Assembly: GCA_041686025.1 (NCBI GenBank)
Contig: JAWLEP010000007.1
Span: 1 to 20,189 of the forward strand
From: Candidatus Fermentibacteraceae bacterium
GTDB lineage: Bacteria > Fermentibacterota > Fermentibacteria > Fermentibacterales > JCC-6
DNA: 20,189 nt
Direction of reading: 5' to 3'
Shown piece after piece: positions 15,654-20,189 of the stretch (position 1 is its first letter; every line of letters starts with the position of its first letter). The notes beneath the pieces were generated by a model that had not been told where the DNA came from, ran no database searches, and saw nothing but the letters and a program-made list of their open reading frames with translations. A program made the position numbers and the translations under genes.

Positions 15654-16358
15654 ATGGCACCCCGCAGCATAAAGGTCGACGGCGCCGAGTACCTGCGCAT
15701 TCCCCTGCGCACCAGGCTGATACTCCGCGGAGACAGCCTGACCTGCGCGCTGAGGGAGGGATTGCAGGCATCCGGCGAGACCCTCAGCGGCGACGACATC
15801 CTCTTCGTCAGCGAGAAGGCCGTTGGCGCCAGCCAGGGCCGCTACTACCTGCTGGACGAGGGCGAGGTGAAACCCGGCCGGCTGGCCAGGCTGCTCTCCC
15901 GCTACGTGACCAGGACCCCGGCGGGAATAGGCCTGGGAATGCCCGAGACCATGCAGGCCGCCCTGGACGAGTGCGGGGTACCCAGGATACTGCTGGCCGC
16001 TTTCGCCGGAGCACTGGGAAAGCTGTTCGGCCGCCGCGGCGACTTCTACCGGGTGGCCGGGCCGTGCGCCCGCTCCATAGACGGTCCCACGGAGGGAACC
16101 ATACCGCCCTTCAACAGGGCGGTGAGCCTCTCTCCCACGGACCCCGGAGGAGTGGCCCGCAGGCTGGCGAAGAGGTTCGGGTGCGCCGCGGCGGTGGTGG
16201 ACGTCAACGACCTGGGCGGGAACGTACTGGGCCTCCATCCCAATGACCTGGACGGAGAGCTGATCTGCCGAATACTGGCCGACAACCCGCTGGGCCAGGG
16301 GAGGGCGCAGACCCCCGCCGGCATCATCAGACCGGTGACCGAAGCCGCAGACGGCTAG
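15654..16358 (+). CDS. F420-0:gamma-glutamyl ligase (CofE)-like family protein
   Basis: RIPLRTRLILRGDSL, DILFVSEKAVGASQGR, IDGPTEGTIPPF, VVDVNDLG, DNPLGQG..QTP. 234 aa from ATG 15654. Confidence 0.8.
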   Translation: MAPRSIKVDGAEYLRIPLRTRLILRGDSLTCALREGLQASGETLSGDDILFVSEKAVGASQGRYYLLDEGEVKPGRLARLLSRYVTRTPAGIGLGMPETMQAALDECGVPRILLAAFAGALGKLFGRRGDFYRVAGPCARSIDGPTEGTIPPFNRAVSLSPTDPGGVARRLAKRFGCAAAVVDVNDLGGNVLGLHPNDLDGELICRILADNPLGQGRAQTPAGIIRPVTEAADG

Positions 16359-16720
16359 CGCCGGCGGGCTTCCCCGTCGGACTTGATCATTCCCCCGATG
16401 AAGGTGGTGGAGATGGATATCAGCACCGCCGCCAGAACCGCCCACCAGAAGCCGCCTATGTCGAATCCGTCCACCGCGGAGTCGGCGATCAGGATAATCA
16501 CGGCGTTCACCAGGAACCGGGAAAGCCCCAGCGTCAGCAGGAGGATGGGGCAGGTTATCAGGTTCAGCAGGGGGGCGAGGACGGCGTTCAACAGGCCCAC
16601 CAGTGCGGATGCCCACACCACGTCCCAACCGTTGACGAATACCATGTTCGGCCCCAGAAGCAGCGACACCAGCCACATGCTCACGGCGGCCACGGCCCAG
16701 GACACCAGCAGCTTCTTCAT
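16355..16720 (-). CDS. 4-TM membrane protein, YvlD / phage holin superfamily IV-like
   Basis: 121 aa. ALVGLLNAVLAPLLNLITCPILLLTLGL..FLVNA..GFDIGGFWWAVLAAVLISI. Confidence 0.9.
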   Translation of the reverse strand: MKKLLVSWAVAAVSMWLVSLLLGPNMVFVNGWDVVWASALVGLLNAVLAPLLNLITCPILLLTLGLSRFLVNAVIILIADSAVDGFDIGGFWWAVLAAVLISISTTFIGGMIKSDGEARRR

Positions 16721-16796
16721 CCGCGCTCCCTTCCGCTGAGTTTCCTTGCGGGCCCAATATACCCCCCGAACTCCCCGGAATACAAAAAGGATCCGC

Positions 16797-16825
16797 TGGA
16801 CCGATGAGGGAGGCCTTAGTATCCT
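16797..16825 (+). promoter_or_regulatory. Possible sigma70-type promoter for the C45 hydrolase gene
   Basis: TGGACC, 17-nt spacer, TATCCT. A divergent candidate TTGTAT-18-TATATT lies on the minus strand at 16785-16756. Confidence 0.35.
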
Positions 16826-16868
16826 GATCCCGTTGGCCCGTGGCTGTCCCCGTCAGGAAAGGCTGCCC

Positions 16869-18377
16869 ATGCTCTCGCACCTGCTCCTTGTGACGGCGCT
16901 CACAGCCTTTCCCTCCCGGAACGTCCACGGCTCCCTGGAGCAGCAGGGGCCCATCGAGGTCCTGAACCTCTGGGGAAGCTGGGAGGAGATGGGCTACGCC
17001 CACGGCTACCTCCTGGCCCCGCGCATCAAGCTGGTCTACGAGACCTACATGGTGGAGCTGGCCGGCGGAGTCTCCAACATCGAGGCCCTGCGGCTCTTCT
17101 ACATACAGCACTTCCAGACGCCTCCCCGGTTTTCGGCCTACGCAGCAGGGGGCATCGCGGGCATGGCGGACTCGGTGGACCTCTACTCCGACGTCTTCGG
17201 CCGGGAGCTGGACACGCTGGACGTGCTGGTGGCCTCGGCGGTGCAGGACTTCTCGGGGGCCACGCCCCTGGGCGACCTGCTCTGCTCCAGCGTCTCCTCC
17301 TGGGGGGAGGCTACCGCATCCGAGCCCGAGCTGGCCGGCGCCCCGGCCATGTCGCGCAACCTGGACTTCTTCGTGGACTCAGCCGCCAACGTCTTCGACG
17401 CCCAGCTGCTGGTCACCCTCGACCCGGACTCCGGCCAGGACTTCGTCTCCATCGGATTCTCCGGATACCTGGGCACACTGTCCGGCATGAACGAAAGCGG
17501 GGTCTGCGCCGCTCTGAACATGGGCGACCACAAGGGGATCACCACCTGGAAGCCCGACTTCGTCCCCATCACCATGGCCCTGGCCGTGGGCCTGTGCGAC
17601 GAGGACTTCGACGGAAGCGGCGACCACGACGCCGGGGACATGGTGGCCGCCCTCACCGAGTACAACCGCAGCTCGTCCTACATCATACACGTCCTGGCGG
17701 ACCCCGACCTGGCCTGGCAGGGGGACACCGGCCTGGTGGTGGAGGTGAACAACAGCGCGGGCCACGCCGTCCGGACCGCCGGCGACGAACCCCCCATAGC
17801 CCCGGACCACATGGCCGCCACCAATCACCACCGCAAGCTCTACTCCCCCTCGCCGGGATGGCGCTACCCGCTTCTGGTGGACTCCATGGCCGCCGACCCG
17901 GACATGACCCTGGACCGCTTCTGGGGACTCATGGGAGAGGTGGGGTTCCAGCCCGCACCGGGCACCGGAGGAACCATCCAGACCATGATATTCGCCCCCC
18001 AGCAGCGCAGGATCGGTCTGGCCTTCTCCACCGACGATGCCGCCTCCTGGGAGCAGGACCCCTGGTGGCTGGACTGGGACGACCTCTTCCCCAACCACGA
18101 CCCCCAGTCCGCCGACCCCCACCAGCCGCAGAGCCCGGGCCTGAGGATTCGACCCAACCCCGCCACCGGGACGGTGACGGTTGCCGCTCCCGGCCCGGGC
18201 TGGCTGGGGGTCTACGACCTCTGCGGCCGCAGGGTCTCGCCTCCGCTCATCGGCACTTCCGGAGATTCCCGGGAGCTGGACGTATCCGCGCTCTCCCCCG
18301 GCGTCTACCTGGTAGTCCACCGCGGGGAGGCCGGCATGCGGACGGCCAGGATGGTGGTGGCCGGCGGCGGCCGCTGA
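16869..18377 (+). CDS. Secreted C45-family (AAT) Ntn-hydrolase with T9SS type-A C-terminal domain
   Basis: Signal-like MLSHLLLVTALTA. LNLWGSWEEMGYAHGYLL, nucleophile candidate L-CSS (Cys139), SRNLDF, GTLSGMNESG, ATNH. CTD IRPNPATGTVTV..VYDLCGRRV..LDVSALSPGVYLV. 502 aa. Confidence 0.85.
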   Translation: MLSHLLLVTALTAFPSRNVHGSLEQQGPIEVLNLWGSWEEMGYAHGYLLAPRIKLVYETYMVELAGGVSNIEALRLFYIQHFQTPPRFSAYAAGGIAGMADSVDLYSDVFGRELDTLDVLVASAVQDFSGATPLGDLLCSSVSSWGEATASEPELAGAPAMSRNLDFFVDSAANVFDAQLLVTLDPDSGQDFVSIGFSGYLGTLSGMNESGVCAALNMGDHKGITTWKPDFVPITMALAVGLCDEDFDGSGDHDAGDMVAALTEYNRSSSYIIHVLADPDLAWQGDTGLVVEVNNSAGHAVRTAGDEPPIAPDHMAATNHHRKLYSPSPGWRYPLLVDSMAADPDMTLDRFWGLMGEVGFQPAPGTGGTIQTMIFAPQQRRIGLAFSTDDAASWEQDPWWLDWDDLFPNHDPQSADPHQPQSPGLRIRPNPATGTVTVAAPGPGWLGVYDLCGRRVSPPLIGTSGDSRELDVSALSPGVYLVVHRGEAGMRTARMVVAGGGR

Positions 18378-18381
18378 GCGG

Positions 18382-18411
18382 TTGACACCCCGCGCCGCCA
18401 AAGTCTATAGT
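18382..18411 (+). promoter_or_regulatory. Sigma70-type promoter of tRNA-Gln
   Basis: TTGACA (18382-18387), 18-nt spacer, TATAGT (18406-18411), 12 nt before the tRNA. Confidence 0.75.
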
Positions 18412-18423
18412 TCACGTCCCCGC

Positions 18424-18497
18424 TGGCGGGTCGTCCAACGGTAGGACATGCGGCTCTGGACCGCATAATCGGGGTTCGAGTCCCTGCCCGCCAGCCA
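18424..18497 (+). tRNA. trnQ: tRNA-Gln (anticodon CTG)
   Basis: Acceptor TGGCGGG/CCCGCCA, D-stem GTCC/GGAC, anticodon stem TGCGG/CCGCA with loop CT-CTG-GA, T-arm CGGGG-TTCGAGT-CCCTG, discriminator G, encoded CCA. Followed by a T-rich tract TCTTTTTCT. Confidence 0.97.
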
Positions 18498-18668
18498 TCT
18501 TTTTCTCCCCATACTACATGTCGGCTCAAGCCGCCGACGCCGTGGGCTTTGAGGACCGTGATCCTCTCAAGCGACCCAAACTGCCGGGTCTTAGGCCAAT
18601 TAGAACAAGCGCAATGGGTTGCATCACTTGAGCATTTCTCCAATATTGAATTGGAATGGGGTGGTTCG

Positions 18669-19034
18669 ATGAGAGCGGCCGCGTTTCTTTCGGTTCTCCT
18701 GCCTCTGGCAGCACCCCTGGCCGAAGTGGCAGTTCAGACCGACTGGTCCGGCGGACCGGGGCCGGCCGATCCCTGCGTCGAATGGGGAAACTCCTTCCTC
18801 AACAGCGACTCGGTGTCCTACGCATGCATGGGCCTGCTGCAGTCCCGGGCCAGCTCCCGTCAGTCGCCGCCGGGGGCGAATCCCATCGCTTCCCGGAACG
18901 CCCGCTACTCATCCGTCATTCTCAGGCCGGAAAAGGTGGAATGGGACCTTGCGGAGGAACTGCCTGCCGGATACTACCTCCTGGTCCTGGAAGCCTGCGG
19001 CAGCACCGAGTCCGGGGGCTGCGTCAGGCTCTGA
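18669..19034 (+). pseudogene. Internally deleted remnant (or minimal form) of a secreted CTD-bearing protein
   Basis: 121 aa. Signal peptide plus QTDWSGGPG..W..SF N-terminal motif, joined within about 35 aa to only the tail of a sorting domain (VEWDLAEELPAGYYLLVLEA..VRL). No catalytic or repeat body. Confidence 0.5.
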
Positions 19035-19118
19035 GGGCAGGCGAAAGATCAGGCTCCTCAACACACTTATCGTATATCTCCCTATGTTGCAGACAAGGCG
19101 GCACTTCGATCCACCGAT

Positions 19119-19143
19119 GGAATATCCGTGGGATTAAGCCGTC
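19119..19143 (+). promoter_or_regulatory. Candidate ECF sigma-dependent (autoregulatory) promoter
   Basis: GGAAT (19119-19123), 16-nt spacer, CGTC (19140-19143), 42 nt upstream of the ECF start codon. Confidence 0.5.
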
Positions 19144-19185
19144 TGCAATGGATGAACACCCCTGGGGGATTACGGGAAGGGAGAG

Positions 19186-19716
19186 ATGGGCGGCAGAGCG
19201 CTGGGCGAGTTCATGGCCGAGAACCGGGACAGGCTGGTCCGGTTCGTCCGCTCCCGGCTGTCCGACGCCGCTCACATGGACGGCGAGGACCTGGTGCAGG
19301 ACGTGATGCTGAAGCTCATCGAGAACCCCTCAGTGACGGCTCCCATAGCCGACCTCTCCGCCTACGTCTTCCGGGCGCTGCGCAACCGCATCATCGACGA
19401 GTACCGCAGGGCCAGGCCGGACATGACCTCCATGGAGGGGGAGGAGGGAGAGACGGGTCTGTACGAGATCCTCCCGGACACCAGGTACGAGCCCAGAGGC
19501 TCGATGGAGAGGCGGATGCTGAGGCGCGAGATCTTCGAGGCCATCCGGTCGCTTCCGCCCGGACAACGGCAGGTGGTGGTGGAAACCGAGCTGAACGGAA
19601 CGGCCATGGCGGAGCTGGCCCGACGCACATCTACGCCGCTGGGGACACTGCTCTCCCGCAAGCACAGGGGCATCAGGAAGATAAGGAAGAAGCTCGAACA
19701 CCTGAAGGAGGAATAG
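19186..19716 (+). CDS. RNA polymerase sigma factor, ECF subfamily
   Basis: 176 aa. Region 2 DGEDLVQDVMLKL..SAYVFRALRNRIIDEYRR; region 4 LPPGQRQVVV..AELARRTSTPLGTLLSRKHRG. Confidence 0.95.
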   Translation: MGGRALGEFMAENRDRLVRFVRSRLSDAAHMDGEDLVQDVMLKLIENPSVTAPIADLSAYVFRALRNRIIDEYRRARPDMTSMEGEEGETGLYEILPDTRYEPRGSMERRMLRREIFEAIRSLPPGQRQVVVETELNGTAMAELARRTSTPLGTLLSRKHRGIRKIRKKLEHLKEE

Positions 19717-19717
19717 C

Positions 19718-20149
19718 ATGGGTACGACCAGGGTGGGCAGCAGGATCGTACACGGGCCGCCGGCGGCCAAAGCGGCCAAGATCGTGGGCCTGGTGATACT
19801 GGGGGTTCTGGCGGTAGCGGCCCTGGCCATCATCTTCGGCCTTCTGGTGATGTGGCTGTGGAACGCGCTCATGCCCGAGATATTTGGCCTCCCGGAGATC
19901 GGCTACTGGCAGGCGGTGGGACTGGTGGTGCTGGGCCACATACTCTTCGGCGCGGGCCACCGCGAGTTCGTCCACAAGGGCGGCAAGAACGAGCCGAAGC
20001 GCGGAGTGAGCATCAGCCGCAACGGCACCGAGTACCGCTGGGACTCTTTCCGGGCCTTCTGGGACGACTGCGGGAGAGAGGCCTTCGACGGCTGGCTCAA
20101 CGGCAAGGGCGGAGGGCCGGAGGAGGAGGAGGAGGACCCCACCCCCTGA
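19718..20149 (+). CDS. ECF-associated membrane protein (hypothetical)
   Basis: 143 aa, 1 nt after the sigma stop, SD AAGGAGG. TM segment then VMWLWNALMPEIFGLPEIGYWQAVGLVVLGHILFG, followed by a soluble, acidic-ending tail. Confidence 0.8.
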   Translation: MGTTRVGSRIVHGPPAAKAAKIVGLVILGVLAVAALAIIFGLLVMWLWNALMPEIFGLPEIGYWQAVGLVVLGHILFGAGHREFVHKGGKNEPKRGVSISRNGTEYRWDSFRAFWDDCGREAFDGWLNGKGGGPEEEEEDPTP

Positions 20150-20189
20150 CGCGGGGTCCGCTTGCGGCGGTCTTGTTCCCTTGCGCTAT

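Noticed and set aside
14864..16358. Mycofactocin or F420 biosynthesis locus
   Set aside because: No MftA-like precursor, radical SAM enzyme or cofC/D/G/H homolog in the window. Family membership alone does not give the pathway.
16355..16720. Prophage lysis cassette
   Set aside because: The holin-IV/YvlD family is commonly chromosomal, and there are no endolysin, structural or integrase genes nearby.
1987..18401. Many long overlapping or antisense ORFs (e.g. 2904-4004, 8970-10364, 10648-12225, 10718-12406, 15645-17111, 17379-18401)
   Set aside because: They are Arg/Gly/Pro-rich or antisense shadows of well-supported genes, expected at high GC, and show no recognisable motifs.
1..20189. CRISPR array, transposase, retroelement, defence system, or Sec/Pyl stop readthrough
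   Set aside because: I saw no regularly spaced direct repeats and no DDE/HUH/RT/nuclease motifs. The recognised genes end where their families normally end. This is a by-eye scan, so short or degenerate elements could be missed.

Overview
A GC-rich bacterial chromosomal window, densely coding (about 22 CDS plus tRNA-Gln(CUG)). I found no integrase, transposase, CRISPR array or prophage. Several signal-peptide proteins carry T9SS type-A/FlgD-like C-terminal domains and one has a QTDWSGGPG N-terminus, which suggests an FCB-group anaerobe, possibly Ca. Fermentibacterota (inference only). Left to right: FG-GAP protein end coupled to a CTD-bearing secreted protein; an SxtK(DUF5989)-SxtJ-like-carbamoyltransferase(NodU/CmcH/SxtI) operon; THUMP RNA methyltransferase; MscS channel; GT2 glycosyltransferase; CPA2 antiporter with a C-terminal PTS EIIA-like domain; Rrf2-hcp-cupin operon with a clear promoter and operator; creatininase-family hydrolase-ABC exporter-cutA operon divergent from a CofE-like ligase; YvlD/holin-4-like membrane protein; secreted C45 Ntn-hydrolase; tRNA-Gln; an internally deleted CTD-protein remnant; ECF sigma factor with a membrane partner. 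Most genes belong to known families and I cannot demonstrate a wholly new system. The best leads are the orphan SxtIJK-like carbamoylation module, the CofE-like ligase/creatininase/ABC divergon, the antiporter-EIIA fusion, probable CTG start codons, and the Rrf2 operator. Family assignments come from motif recognition by eye, not database searches.
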